Positions 26,096-39,344 of a stretch of 64,000 bases of DNA are shown here, in pieces (the first letter of the stretch is position 1; every line of letters begins with the position of its first letter). Under the pieces are notes generated by a model, which was given only the letters and a program-made list of their open reading frames with translations, was not told where the DNA came from and ran no database searches. Both the position numbers and the translations under genes were made by a program. Source of the DNA: Octopus vulgaris (taxonomy: Eukaryota); contig OX597822.1 of NCBI GenBank assembly GCA_951406725.2, positions 86,862,001-86,926,000 on the forward strand, given 5' to 3'.

Positions 26096-26729
26096 GGGAT
26101 CTTTACTTTTTGAGCGACAGATTTAAAAAATAAATTTTTGTAACTAAACACTTTCAAACTTCGGACACTGGTAGAATGTGTCATATAAAACATCTTTTAC
26201 TCTTAGCATTTTTTAGAAATGCTTATATTTACAAAGTTATTTCACGTTAAAGTTGTCCTATTTCGGTAATTTCAACCAATCAATGACATGTATTCAGCTG
26301 AATAAAATGACTGCCGTTGTTTGTCAACAACAACTATCGGCGGTGTATTTTTCGTTTGTCACTGTTATGACATCGTTCGTGCGTTTGTGCTAGTTTTAGC
26401 TTTAAGGTTTCAGGGTTAGGGTTTTAGGGTTAGGGCAATAGGATTAGGGTTTTAGGATTAGGGTTGTCATAAATAACAGTGACAAACGAAATACACACCG
26501 ACAAACATCAGCAGTAATTTTATTCAGCTGAATACACGTCATTGATTGATTGAAATTACCGAAATAGGACAACTTTAACGTGAACTAACTTCGTAAATAT
26601 AAGCTTTTCTCAAAAACGCTAAGAGTAAAAGATATTTTATACGGCACATTCTACCAGTGTCCGAAGTTTGAAAGTGTTTAGTTACAAAAAATGATTTTTA
26701 AAATCTGTCGGTCAAAAGGTAAAGATCCG
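26096..26729. mobile_element. MITE with ~270-bp TIRs and a TTAGGG-like core
   Basis: GGGATCTTTAC..GTAAAGATCC termini; flanking duplication (CG)AGCTTT(G); TTAGGG/TTTTAGGG repeats at ~26392-26465. Confidence 0.9.
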
Positions 26730-27477
26730 AGCTTTGTGATGGCTCATGATTTTTTTTGTGCTAATTTAAGTAACAAGAGGACAGAAAATGGAGAAGAGAA
26801 ATGATACGGCATAATTAGATTTCAAAATGGTCTGACACCACATTCTGAAAATTATCAACACGGATCGAGTACCGACGTTCCAGTAATGACCACCTAGTTG
26901 TTTCAGGACATGCCGCCCCAAATTACCTGATGAGGCTTTTCTTCGTTTAAAACGGAAAGGTGTGATTTGAAAGAGATTTAACTGCGCTTTCTGGTAGGTC
27001 AAGCGATCACATAGAGGTTTCCCTAATTGGCTCGTCTAAAAGTGTATCTTATAGTTTGCCATAGTTACCTCCCACCCTATCCTACGTAAAGATAGCCTAA
27101 GTTATCTTCTTTGGCCGAATAAAACAGCTGTCATAATATTCCGATCTCATCGAGTGTCATCTAGTACACAGTAACCTTGGTAACAATAATAGGGTCAGTG
27201 AGTAACTGCTGCTTCCCACTGTGATCTTGTGTTTGTACTTAGAGAGGAATATTGAAGAAGATGTATTTCTAGATGTTTTATGAGTATTTACTTTGTGTGT
27301 GGATCTGTGTTGGTGTTTGATGATGAGTTTGCTTATCTCGTCAATCTAGTCACATAGACAATGGGACAAGTCTTTATTACTGCAGTGTGTGTTTGTGTGT
27401 GTATGTGTGGTGTGTGTGTGTATGTGTGGTGTGTGTGTGTGTATGTATGCGGCGCGCGCGCGCGTGTACACGCATAC

Positions 27478-27508
<31 letters not shown>

Positions 27509-27530
27509 TGTATGTATGTATGTATGTATG

Positions 27531-27576
<46 letters not shown>

Positions 27577-27579
<3 letters not shown>

Positions 27580-27994
27580 TCTTTTACTCTTTTACTTGTT
27601 TCAGTCATTTGACTGTGGCCATGCTGGAGCACCGCCTTTAGTCGAGCAAATCGACCCCAGGACTTATTCTTTGTAAGCCTAGTACTTATTCTATCGGTCA
27701 CTTTTGCCGAACCGCTAAGTTACGGGGACGTAAACACACCAGCATCGGTTGTCAAGCGATGTTGGGGGGGGGACAAACGCAGACACACAAACATATACAC
27801 ACACATACATATACATATATATACATATATACGACGAGCTTCTTTCAGTTTCCGTCTACCAAATCCACTCACAAGGCTTTGGTCGGCCCGAAGCTATAGT
27901 AGAAGACACTTGCCCAAGGTGCCACGCAGTGGGACTGAACCTGGAACCATGTGGTTGGTAAACAAGCTACTTACCACACAGCCACTCCTACGCC
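27577..27994 (-). mobile_element. SINE family B, full length
   Basis: Reverse complement of 7781-8178; 18 bp at the 5' end (AGCCACTCCTACGCCTAT) duplicated at 28000-28017. Confidence 0.92.
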
Positions 27995-28034
27995 TATAGA
28001 GCCACTCCTACGCCTATGTATATATATATATATA

Positions 28035-28332
28035 ACTGACACTCCGTCGGTTACAACGACGAGTGCTCCACGGAACAGCCTGCTTGTGAAATTAACGTGC
28101 AAGTGGCTGAGCACTCCTCAGACACGGATACCTCTAAAGTAGTTTTCAGGGAGATTCAGTGTGACAGTGCTGGCCCTTTGAATTACAGGTGCAACTCATT
28201 TTTACTAGGTGAGTGGACTGGAGCAATGTGAAATAAAGTGTCTTGCTCAAGGATACAATGTACGGCCGGGAATCGAACTCATGACTTTACGATTGCGAGC
28301 CGAAAACCCTAACCACTAAGCCATGCGTCTTC
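28035..28332 (-). mobile_element. SINE family C (tRNA head plus CORE-like domain)
   Basis: Reverse head GCATGGCTTAGTGGTTAGGG..GAGTTCGATTCCCGGCC; tail shared with 54195-54360. Confidence 0.85.
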
Positions 28333-28762
28333 ACACACATACACACAAACACACACACACACATATACATTATACATATATGTATGCATACATAGAACCA
28401 TGCATATATACACAGACATGTATATATGTCTGAGCGATGGCCTAGTGGCTAGAGCTTGAACTCATAATCCTATGGTCATAGTTTCGATTCTCTGCTGTGT
28501 CATTGTACATGTCGCTTCATTTTCCCTTTAAATTGATTCAGAGGAAACGAATTGCCTGCCTGCCGTAGGGCTCGAACCCTTAAGGCAGTTCATTGTTATC
28601 CACAACCTCTTTCTCAGCTTTCACGAAAGCATTTCTCATATAGGATGTCTTTTGAGATACTGTTCTCCTCCATGCGATAGACGTGACCCAGGCAGCACAA
28701 GATTCATTTCTTTTTACCTTCCTTTAGATTCACCAGAGAAGTGGAAATGAGGAACGCGCTGC

Positions 28763-28804
28763 ATGGGCAACGCCGCACAGGCTTCTGACCGGCCGCCTGC
28801 CTAC
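28763..28804 (+). CDS. Candidate short first coding exon MGNAAQASDRPPAY (exon 28728-28804)
   Basis: Pyrimidine tract TTTCTTTTTACCTTCCTTTAG ending 28727, GC-rich island, donor-like GTACGT at 28805; no homology recognised. Confidence 0.3.
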
Positions 28805-28889
28805 GTACGTGCTCACTCACATATCCACATCAACATCCAGCTTCATCTGCTGTGTTGTTTCAGCATAGTTGTCACCAGATTTGCTACAG

Positions 28890-29190
28890 TGCAACTAACA
28901 GTATATTTGCATATAACTGTAGGAGAAATTTTAGAGGTGGTTGGTTTCATAGTAGAGAACAACCTGTTGAACTAGACAGCAAGGGCTCAGAGTAGCTCCT
29001 GGCCCTGCGTCTAAACACCATGGAAGGCACAATCACCCGTAACAGCATGTATACCCCGGCACTGTTCTCCACACCAGACGCAAGACGAATTCTATGAGGA
29101 TCCCTCATCATACATCATCTGCGTCTGTAGCAAGGAGCAACTCGTTATTCTGGATGGCTTTAATGCCAGAATCGGTACAGGCCACGATTC
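28890..29190 (+). mobile_element. RTE LINE endonuclease remnant
   Basis: DEFYEDPSSYIICVCSKEQLVILDGFNARIGTGHDS resembles the APE motif FY..L..LGDFNARVG. Confidence 0.7.
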
Positions 29191-30784
29191 ATAGCTTTTT
29201 CTGTTATTTTTGTCGTGACCAAGGTTAAGCATACAGAAAGGCGTCGTGGTTGAGCAATTTACATTCCATTTGAAATATAGTTTCATGTCGAAAATGCTGC
29301 TCCTATGGCTCCAAGTCTAAATTCCACAGTATTTACCGAAGACATGGTGGAAGTAACACGATACTATTAAAGGTAAATCTAATCTAATCTAGGATATTAA
29401 AACCATAGATTTGTTATCTGAGAACGAGCAATGTAGTGATCAATTGTCTGTTCTTCGGTTGATATTCCAAGTTACTCCATCGGCCTTGTTTCGGTCTGTA
29501 TATTTAGCTTGAGTTTAGAATTCAATAAAAAAATTAAACATTGTTAATTAAATCACTGAAATCCAACATGGAAAGATTTATATAGACTTTTAAAGTCAAA
29601 ATTCGCTCGCGAACTCGAAAAGATAGAAGGCATAAGTGCGATATGTGCTCGGAACAAAAAAGTAATTAAATATGGTAAGTCATTTTGTCCAACGTTCTTC
29701 CCATTTTACTAATTAACCGCCTTAATTAGTAGCAAAAAACAAATAGGTTTAGAGCTGAAACTAGAAGAAAAAACAGAATTCGCAATTTATGTTTAATCCC
29801 AGTAAATATTAATTGTGTAGGGAAGAATCGAAGCATTCCAATTGTTGTCATATCTTAGTTTTGCAAGAATTCTGTATCTCGGATTACAATATCCAATGTA
29901 CTTTTTTGAAGATGGTAGGAATGGTTTTAGGGAAATTCAGCTACTGCTTCAAGCAAGTAAGACAGCTGAGTAGAAGCGATAGAATTGGCAAAGTGATATC
30001 ATCGTTATTCAGATTCGTTCCAAACGTCTACATAACCTTTCATTTATTCCTGTAACATAGTTAATACTTTACTTTTCATATGTAATCATCTAAAAAAATT
30101 GTCCTCATGCTTTCACAAAAGAAATCATTATTTGCAGTTAAGTATTTGAAGAAAGCTCTCTCATATTTAACTGTTTGTGTAAATATTTTAAAAATTCAAA
30201 TCCGGTTTAACTCTCCCTTTTGTTTCATTTCCTTCTCCAATTTTCATTTTTGTTACTTATTTCTGTTTTTGACAACGGAAATGAACGATATTCAAGCTCT
30301 TCGTTTTCTTCTCGTGTGTGTAATAGCTGAAACTTGTTAGATGATACATTGCTTGCTGAACTTTACTCAAAATTAACACCATAATTTTATCAAATGATGA
30401 AATCTAGAAGTAAAATAAAGTATGTAATAAAACACAGGTTACCTACAAAAGTCTTATCATTGTTTCTGCAAAAAGCAACAAATTCGGATGGGTTAATCTT
30501 CCGAAGAGAAGACTCCATTTGCTGATTTCGAAGACTGGAACTATTCATCTCACTCGTGACTCTCTTAAAAGTACCAGTCTTTATAAATATGTAAAAGAAT
30601 TGTTGTTGCTACCACAGGTACTCTGATAACTTCCGGTAATTTCTAAGCTGAATTCTAGAACCAATTTTCTTACAACAACCGTTGATGCCCACCCTGGTTA
30701 CTTGCAATTTATAAAGAAAAAATATATAAACTGAAAAGATCTAATAAAAAAAAGAAAAGAACAGGGAAAATATCCCTTTTAATA

Positions 30785-30988
30785 AAGGCGCAAGACCTGA
30801 AACATTGGGAGGAGGGTTAAATCGATTACATCGAATTTTACTACTCAATTGGTATTGATTTTATCAGCCTCGGTAGAATGAAAGGTAAAATCAACCTTAG
30901 TGGAATTAGAACTCAGAACGTAATGACGGATGAAATGTCAGTAAGCATTTTGTCCGGCGTGCTAACAATTTGGCTGTTCTTACTGCCT
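30785..30988 (-). mobile_element. Old SINE family A copy
   Basis: Diverged reverse match to 49-210. Confidence 0.75.
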
Positions 30989-33900
30989 TAAAGGACAGGA
31001 AAATATCGTGAGTGTAAATAATGAAAGCAATTTTTTTTTCTGATTTACAAGTAATTAAGAAATCTTAATGTAATGGAATTCGAAATAACATCAGCTCTTA
31101 TGTGTCTTTCTTATAACTTTGAGTCTTTCACATGTTTTTTAAATTTATTTATCGGTTTTCAGGGTTCTGAATTTACGTCACACGGAAATATTGAAGTTAT
31201 GTTTTACACAAGAAAATAGCATCAAACTTCAAACGTTCATATATTTTTTTACTTGTCTGTTATTGGTAGTCAGGGATATTCATCAAAGTGTAGCTAGCTC
31301 TCTATGTTCTGGCTGAAGGGTATTGTAGACAATAGTAATAGAAGTGAAATAGCGGCACCCAGCAATTGTAGCTTGACTACAGGTCTTTACACTATGGCCT
31401 TCATTATTTGTGGGAAAAAGATTTATAAATTAACCAAAAGGGGTGAACAAATCAACTAAAATTTAAAATATTGAATAAGGTGTGAAATAAGTGAAAATAT
31501 AATTGATTTTCATTACGTCATTCCTTAAAGTAGTTAATTAGTCACCAAAAATTTCCCTCTCAAATACTTCAATTCACGTTTTACAAAAATATTTTTTATT
31601 CTTTTACTCCCAGATATTCATCACAACAGAGACAAATAGATAGAAAGCGAATAGGTAAACTTATAAAAGATAATTTACATCGATAATGTTCCCTAAGAAA
31701 CAATCTCTGGCTTAGATGGGTTCTCATGTTTTCTCTATTTTCATTTAACCGTATCTTGCCATTTATTACTGGGCAACTAGCCTGATATTTTGAATATTAA
31801 ATTAACTTCATTACTTGATTACTATTTTATAGTTTTTGACTTCACAAAGATGAAAAGTAAAGTTAACTGTGACAGGATTTGAATTTGGGTCGTAGATGTC
31901 TGTATCTAAGTACCACAGACACTTTCTCTAGTTCAAACAATTCTTCGAATCTTTAATGAATAAAGTCGGTCGTCTTTCTGCCTCTTTTATTGACAAGAGA
32001 AAGAGATGAAATATAAGGTGATTCTGGGTGAATTTGAACTCAAGAAATGTGAGGTTTCACTGGGACACGGCCAAATATCTTGAATAGCATAAACAGCTTC
32101 AGCAGCATTGTGTTAAGGTGTGTATTATTTTCTTTTGGGCTCTGCACAAAGCAGAATGCAAGTATTTATAATGTTTCTATATAAAGACACTTGCGTTTTT
32201 ATATTATAATGGCATTTGCAACAGCTTGAAGCCGTTATGAACGACTGCAAAATATTCCTGCCTAGATTTTATCTAACAACTTACTTCCTTGAACGTATTG
32301 AAGATGTCATTTACTTTAGACATTCTCAGCATTGGAAAATTCGAAAACTTTGTAGCACAAATGCCAAGATTTGTATCAACTAGCCTACAGCAGGCCCCAC
32401 ATTACGCCCCTCTATTATTACGTCATAGGCAAACTTGTATGTTTTGCCACACATTTGTCAAAGTTTGTATCAAATGGAATTTGCAGCAAACTTCAGTTTA
32501 CGCTGCATGGTTTTCGCATCATTTAGCTATTTATTTATTCCTTTGTTTACATGATGGTTTCTTTGAATTGATAACATTTTAGATAGTCAATTCCTATGTC
32601 ATGTCTTCTACAAATGCTTGGTCGTGTTTCCAGGTAAGACATTTACAGTAAGACATTACTGACATCAATTAGATTTTAAAAGATTTTTAAAGTTTGTCTG
32701 TCATATAAGTCAAGGATATACTTTATTTATGGGAAGCATACACAGAATTTAGTTACCGTTAACTTTTCAAACCACAAAAAGGGACTTTTCGGTACTGAAA
32801 GTTAACATGACATCCGTTAAATATACGATGCTTTGTTACTTATAGAAGGCGACGTATACTCTGGACATTGTACCTACTTACATGAATTGAGATAGTGGGA
32901 ATTAATTGTGGCGATTATGGACACAGTGTGGTATTTTTAACAAGATACAAGCTACACATTTAGGTATTAAACTGCCTCTGCCGCTAATCCATATTTTAAC
33001 AAACTCACTGGTTAATCGTGACACCAGCGCTAGTTCTGGCTCTGTTTTTCTATATATCACTGGCGGGGAGATGAGTCCTTGTTATCTCTAGCGGTGGAGC
33101 ATCCATCATCGACGAGACTAAGGAAAGTTGAAGTCATGTGATCTGGTGGTCCCTGTGCTGGAGATGGTGGGGACTCATCTTCCCGCTAGTGATATAAGCA
33201 AGTGTGCATTTTGCACCAAAAGCCAATACGAGAGTTTCTCTCATCGTATCTACCATAGCATTGTTTGTTCTAACAGAACATTCAGGTTTAAGTGGGGATA
33301 AATATTACACATCATTGAGTTTTCAACTGCTACTCCGACCACCTTTTCTACTCAGTCACCTCGGACACATTGTCTTTAGAAAGGATCATTAAGCAGATAA
33401 TTAGTCATCACTTATTCAGTGAACCGTGGATACACTGAGTGGTGAACAGTGGGTTGAATGTAGACCAGGCATAGGCGAATTTTTTTCGCAATTCAGACCG
33501 TATGAGGCATGACTCACCATCTGATAATAAATTTTCGTCAGACGTGCCCTCCAGAAAATCCCGCGGGACGCTGTTTCTTATCGAGTCTCTATTGTTGCAC
33601 GTATGAAAGTGTCAAGCCATGAAACATTAAAAACTTCCGTCTTGGTCCTTGCCATTCTAAAAATAAATGAATAAATAAACAAAATTCTGAAATTTGTCCA
33701 AGAAGCGCGGTTATTAAATTAATTTTTTAAATAAGCGCCATTTTCTACAATGACAGCGAAAGTCTGTTGTAAGATGGAGAAGATTCGTTGCGTTTATACT
33801 GCAGGAACATATTTTGCTTGCCGGCGGTTTCCTTCTATAATGGGACTGCAGGATACATTCATAGTATGTGCGTGATTGTTTGTGTATGTATATGTTTGTG

Positions 33901-34814
33901 TGTGTGTGAGTATGTTTGTGCGTTTGTTGAGTGTCTTTGGTCTGTTCTGCTTGAGTAGATCTGATGACACGGAAGTGGTTCGTCAGATTCTAAAACTTCC
34001 AATGCTTGGCCCATAAAAGTCTTGGATTACATTAAACATTCCTAATGTTGGCTTTAACGTTGTATACTGGCTAATATGTTCCGTTTCCTTTATCAGCCAC
34101 TAATTTGCTAAGCCTTTGATGGTGAACCAAAGCCGGTCATGTGGAGTGTACTAAAGAATTAGTGTCTAGGATTGTTTTTCTGTTATCGGATGTTGTGCCG
34201 ATTATTTGATATACTTTTGCCTTATTCGTGATGTATTTCTTTTTGTCTGGAATTGCCTTCGAGTTGCTCTCCACTCCATGGGTAACTCGAACTGTATGGA
34301 TCTTAAGTTTGACTCACTGGGGTCTTGAGGCATCTCACCTTCTAAACATGAAAGATTGAATATCATTACAAAATAATTAGTGCATGTGATTTAGTGGCTA
34401 CAATGCCACTTCTATATCACATTGTTTCTGGATTTAACTTTATTGTTATATCAAATGCCCAGCCGGTTTTGTAGTGTTGTCACACTAAATTCTTACGTAT
34501 GATGAGTAGGAAAAGCTTTTGGTTTCTTTGTTCTTTTGTCTTTAATACATTTCTAAAGACTTGATTTTATCGAAAATTACTCGAAAACCATTAAACACTG
34601 TTTTAATGTCTGTTCCACTCGAAGCCCCAGACACTCACACCCACACTCACGCAGTTACTCTCCCCTCTCTCTTCCCTCTATATTACTTGTAATATGATGA
34701 GGCACGTATACATCGTCTGCTTATAACAAATCTTTATAAGAGTACATTTATTTATTTATTTATTTTTATTAATCTAAAGACAATTTAAAGTCAAGACTAC
34801 TATATTAAATGGCA

Positions 34815-35030
34815 AGTTATTTTTGCTGTTGTTTAGCCCTGCCAGTCCTGATCGAGCAGGCTCACAATCAAAAGCAGTCTAGTCGTGGCCTTCATGCCTT
34901 TCTATGTGCTAGAAACCCAGGACAATGTTCTTCAACGTATCCTTTTTCTAAGGCTGTAGGGTGTAAATTGAGAGAATTTAGCTACTATTTCTAGTAGATT
35001 GATTGACTACGTAGAAGCACCCTTGTTGAT
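34815..35030 (+). mobile_element. Old interspersed repeat (unclassified)
   Basis: TGTTGTTTAGCCC..CTGATCGAGCAGG..GCTACTATTTCTAG..GACTACGTAGA; diverged pieces at ~16660, ~25800, ~29930, ~38410, ~48090, ~57530. Confidence 0.6.
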
Positions 35031-35220
35031 TTATAAGTGACAAGTGTTTATTGAGAGTATATAAATAGAAGGGTATATATGCGAGGGTACATATGAGAAG
35101 ACAAAACAAGAATGTATAAAGAAATGTCGATCTTATGCAATCCTCTCCTCTGACCATAATCTCATCGTCTCCATTTTGTTGTCTCATGAAATTTTTAATT
35201 CACTCACACACACACACACA

Positions 35221-35295
<75 letters not shown>

Positions 35296-35413
35296 TCTAA
35301 GGAATCCGAGTCCGCGAAATGGTTTTGATTCTCAGCTGGAATTGCTTCCATTTACGTCACTAATGCCTTTGGGAAATACATGAACACAATCTGAGAAGCA
35401 TCGTGTCTATTTA

Positions 35414-35486
<73 letters not shown>

Positions 35487-35491
35487 CCTTC

Positions 35492-35581
<90 letters not shown>

Positions 35582-35672
35582 GCCTGTCTGTTTGCCTGCA
35601 TGTCTGTCTGTCTGTCTGTCTGCACACACTCACACACATACACACGACCCCCTCCCCTCTGTCTTATTGCAG

Positions 35673-35945
35673 GCGGTAAATAAACTGATCAGGGCTGAAG
35701 TATTTTCTAATCCTGAAGAGGAAGCGACGTCTTTGAGATGCAGTCTAGACAATATTACATCTGTGAAGTCGCCAGAGAGATTATCAGAGATTACAAGGTT
35801 TAGCATTTGTAACGGCTACGACAATGACTGTTTCCATGATTTGTGTAGAGACGGGGGTTTTTATACTGTAGAAAGAAACTGGGTTATAATGTTCTTATTC
35901 GAAAATGTTTTCAAAGTTTTGCGTGTGCCTCTCAAAAAGTCCTGA
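35673..35945 (+). CDS. Candidate coding exon AVNKLIRAEVFSNPEEEATSLRC...
   Basis: Acceptor CCCCTCCCCTCTGTCTTATTGCAG ending 35672, then 90 open codons of non-repetitive sequence; no homology recognised. Confidence 0.3.
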   Translation, partial: AVNKLIRAEVFSNPEEEATSLRCSLDNITSVKSPERLSEITRFSICNGYDNDCFHDLCRDGGFYTVERNWVIMFLFENVFKVLRVPLKKS

Positions 35946-36466
35946 CCAGACGTAGGCGTCGAATAAATTATTTATGAACCAGTGAAATCCATTATACCCA
36001 TCAGACAGCAACATACCAGCCAGAGTTAACGAAGCGACCAATGTGGTTGCTTCACAAGCTAGAAATAAAAGCTAATTCTGTCCCCACCAAAAAGATCATT
36101 GTTGAAATAATTTCCACCATAGTTCTATTCATTCAGAGCCGATCTGGTGCAACAATAATATCAACAAAGCATGATTTTCTATCGGAATGGCAAGGATCAT
36201 CTAGTCATTTTTAATGGTGACTGATGACTTGCGCGGTAACTTTGTTTAAAATGAAGAAGACTTGCGTACCATCAACCTCGCTCTCTCCTCCGTGACTATC
36301 TTCAATCCAGTGGTAAGAGCAGATCAAGACGACTGGGGAGAGAGACGGATGCAAGGGATGATAAAAATGTTTTACTCGCCTCATCTTGTTCTCTGTACTC
36401 CACAATGTGTTGCTACAGCTGTCTTCTCCTCCGACGAACCATGAAGGTTTCTTCCGCAGTACCTGT

Positions 36467-36772
36467 GTTGTTTGTTCCTCCTCGAGCCATGCCTGGCTCA
36501 TAAGGGCCGGTTTCCCGGTTTCCTTGGCGTATAGGTTCCCCACCTGGACAGGACGCCGGTCCGTCGCAGGTGAGCTGCAAGATGCAGGAGGGAAGAGTGA
36601 GAGAAAGTTGTGGCGAGAGAGTCAGCAGAAGTTCGCCATTACCTTCTGCCGGAGCCGCGTGGAGCTTAGGTGTTTTCGCTCATAAACACACACATCGCCC
36701 GGTCTGAGATTCGAACCCGCGATCCCTCGACCGCGAGTCCGCTGCTCTAACCACTAGGCCATGTGCCTCCAC
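36467..36772 (-). mobile_element. Young tRNA-derived SINE, family D
   Basis: Reverse head GTGGAGGCACATGGCCTAGTGGTTAGAGCAGCGGACTCGCGGTCGAGGGATCGCGGGTTCGAATCTC with canonical A and B boxes and intact CpGs. Confidence 0.85.
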
Positions 36773-37081
36773 TAGTGTCTGCTGGATCCAGTCTTCACAC
36801 ACATAAGGAAGCAAACCCTAACTTATCAAGTGTCACGCATTCGTTGGCGATCCTCACGTTAGTATATGGAGTATCAGGGAGGGATGGGACATTTGACGGT
36901 GGTACACATCGCACTGTTAGGGGTTCTCCTCTGGCCCCCAACTCTCACCTGTGGCTCCAAGTAGTTGTTTGCATGCAACTGCACCTATATCCCGGCACCA
37001 ACAAGAACATTAACAATAACATACATGCTATCCTTCAACATTTGTGCATGCTACATGTTATTGACATGTTATTGACTCCTA

Positions 37082-37370
37082 CAGTAATGTTCTACTAATC
37101 CAGTGTCCAAATAGTCAGGCAAACCTAATAGTCCAACGCTTTTCACGTTTCGCTGTTCTTTCCTAACTCTGGTCACCAATGCTACCTCGACATTGTTTAG
37201 ACCTTGCACCCAAATAGTTTTTGTCTGCCTTTATCTACTTATTTATTATCCATTCATTGATGAACATATCTTTCAATGATAAGAATAGCCAATTTGGAAA
37301 AAGTGTGAAAAGAAAGCATGTTACTCTCACATTGAATCTGCAAATTGAAATTATACAGCGCTTAAGAGGA
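37082..37370 (+). mobile_element. Tigger/pogo 5' fragment
   Basis: TA|CAGT terminus at 37082; KRKHVTLTLNLQIEIIQRL resembles the CENP-B/psq HTH N-terminus. Confidence 0.65.
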
Positions 37371-39227
37371 GACAATCATGGCGACTGGTTAGAAAAAAGT
37401 AGTTGGACAGGAGAGCTAGGAAGAAGAGATAGGGGTGGGGTATGTGGGTGTGGATGGCGGGCATATCAATGAAGGGAGGTGGGTAGGAGTGAAGAGAGGA
37501 AGTAGGTGTCAGATGAAGAGAGGGGGGGATTCAGATAAAGAGGGGAGGGGAGTTGAGCCCATGTGGCGCAAAGGAGCGAAGAGAGAAGATTAAATTTTCA
37601 CTCTCTCTCTCTCTTTCTCTCCCTCTCTCTATATATCCATATATGTATGTATATCTGCATACGTGTTCAAAAGATTTCTACATGGATGGCTTTAAAACAG
37701 GATATATATTGAATATGTGCAGCTGCATAATCAAGTTCTGATATTAGAGGGAGCATGCATTTAAAAAAGACGCCATGTCATATTACAAATAATTGTCAAC
37801 TTATTCTATATTTATATTTTGTTTTAAATCATTAAATTCCAACCACAAAGCGGATACCTTTATAATGAAGGACATATCTGTTATTTTGTATTTAAAATGT
37901 AAAAAAAAAACCCAATAAAATTGTTTTACAGTAAGTTCATAAATTAGAAAGCATAATAAAAATCTCTTCGTTATTTATTTTGATTTCAAGCTTAAAATGA
38001 AATCAAACGAATGTGAAAAATGTATGAATGAAGTGCAACAATCTCTTGTCTAGGCGCCATTTTGTTGAAGTTATTATTTTATTGTAATTCACCTCAGCAG
38101 TCAAGTCTCTTTCAATGGAGAGCAAAATTAACCCAGACAACCACCGTTTACCCACTGAAGAACGAAAGTTTTAGTTGATTAAACTATCTTTCTTGAACTA
38201 CGCTAGTTATTAATCAGAAAGTTCAGGAAAATGTGATATAACGTGGACGAATTAAGATAAATGAATCACATGACATTGGCGATCAAGAATTTAAGTGCAT
38301 TGTTGACGATTGCTTTTATCTTACCGTTTGTGCTCAGGATTTCATTAAAGGAACAAAGCTCTCGTACGATTTCAATTTGACTGGGAATCACGTCTGAGTA
38401 TGTTTTCTAAGGGAGATTCGATTGCTATTTCTAGCATATCAAGCTACTGCATACAGGCTACTTCGTTGAATTTTACAGCTCACGTGTAACATCTTGCAGA
38501 ACACTACACTCACTTAAATATTATACTTAATATTAAATATATTGTGTTTACCTGTAACATCATTTAAAACCAGGTACAATAGAAGGGGTAGTATTAGCAC
38601 GGTAGCGTTGATTTGAAACTGAACCGCTAGGTAGCCGGTCAAACAACATGATCAAACCACAGTTTCACGTGACTCGTCTACTAAGCAACTAATCAGTGTC
38701 AAGCCATCGCGTGATTGAATCCTGTAAAATCTTCTTGAGCTCTATAAAAACGTATTTATTGGTGGTAATTGCAGAATGTTAAGGCAGCCGTACATTGTGT
38801 CTCCATTCTCACTTCATCCAGCCGGTTAAGACAGATGGCCGATAATAGACAGGAATTTTCGTCGCTACAAATATAGCGCAATTATTTTCCAGTTACGATG
38901 ATCCAGCCATCGCCTGCTATATCAATAAATTTGTCGTAAACTCCAAGCAGTATGTCTCTCCTTGAATGAAATTATTGCTGTTAGTATTTATAAACGACCA
39001 GCACGGTTAAAACGGAAAAAAAGAGCAAGACATCGGAGGGGCGATGCATATCCTGCGTGCAAATAAATGTTTTCGCAAATTATAGTGTGGCTTACAATGT
39101 GTTGCTTACCCATGCTTTTTAATTGAACTGAATTATTATTTTTTTTAAAGCATCATCATTATAGATATTTTTACTCCAGTGAAATTAAGAAATCAACTCG
39201 TAAATAAATGAAACCATCGAATCCATC

Positions 39228-39274
<47 letters not shown>

Positions 39275-39344
39275 TCGCACATGTATGTATGTATGTATGT
39301 ATGTATGTATGTATGTATGTATGTATGTATGTATGTATGTATGT

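Noticed and set aside
26392-26465. TTAGGG repeats as a telomere or fusion scar
   Set aside because: They are the centre of a MITE and recur in the related element at ~41372
26921-26970. CTGATGA..GAAA with possible stem I
   Set aside because: No stem III or NUH triplet and no convincing stem II
28763-28804. MGNAA start as PKA catalytic subunit exon 1
   Set aside because: Similarity ends after five residues and the AKKG motif is missing, so no gene symbol was assigned
30190-30730. Possible minus-strand exons (MNSSSLRNQQ..; REENEELEY..)
   Set aside because: Splice-like sites exist, but phases do not join into an open frame and I recognise no homology
33959-33990. CTGATGA within a small hairpin
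   Set aside because: The core is paired with TCGTCAG and no GAAA/NUH follows
36690-36772. tRNA gene on the minus strand
   Set aside because: A and B boxes run into a SINE body, and I could not form a proper acceptor stem; the same applies to the other SINE heads
38660-38750. CACGTG plus TATAAAA as a promoter
   Set aside because: Short motifs expected by chance in AT-rich DNA, with no linked transcript evidence
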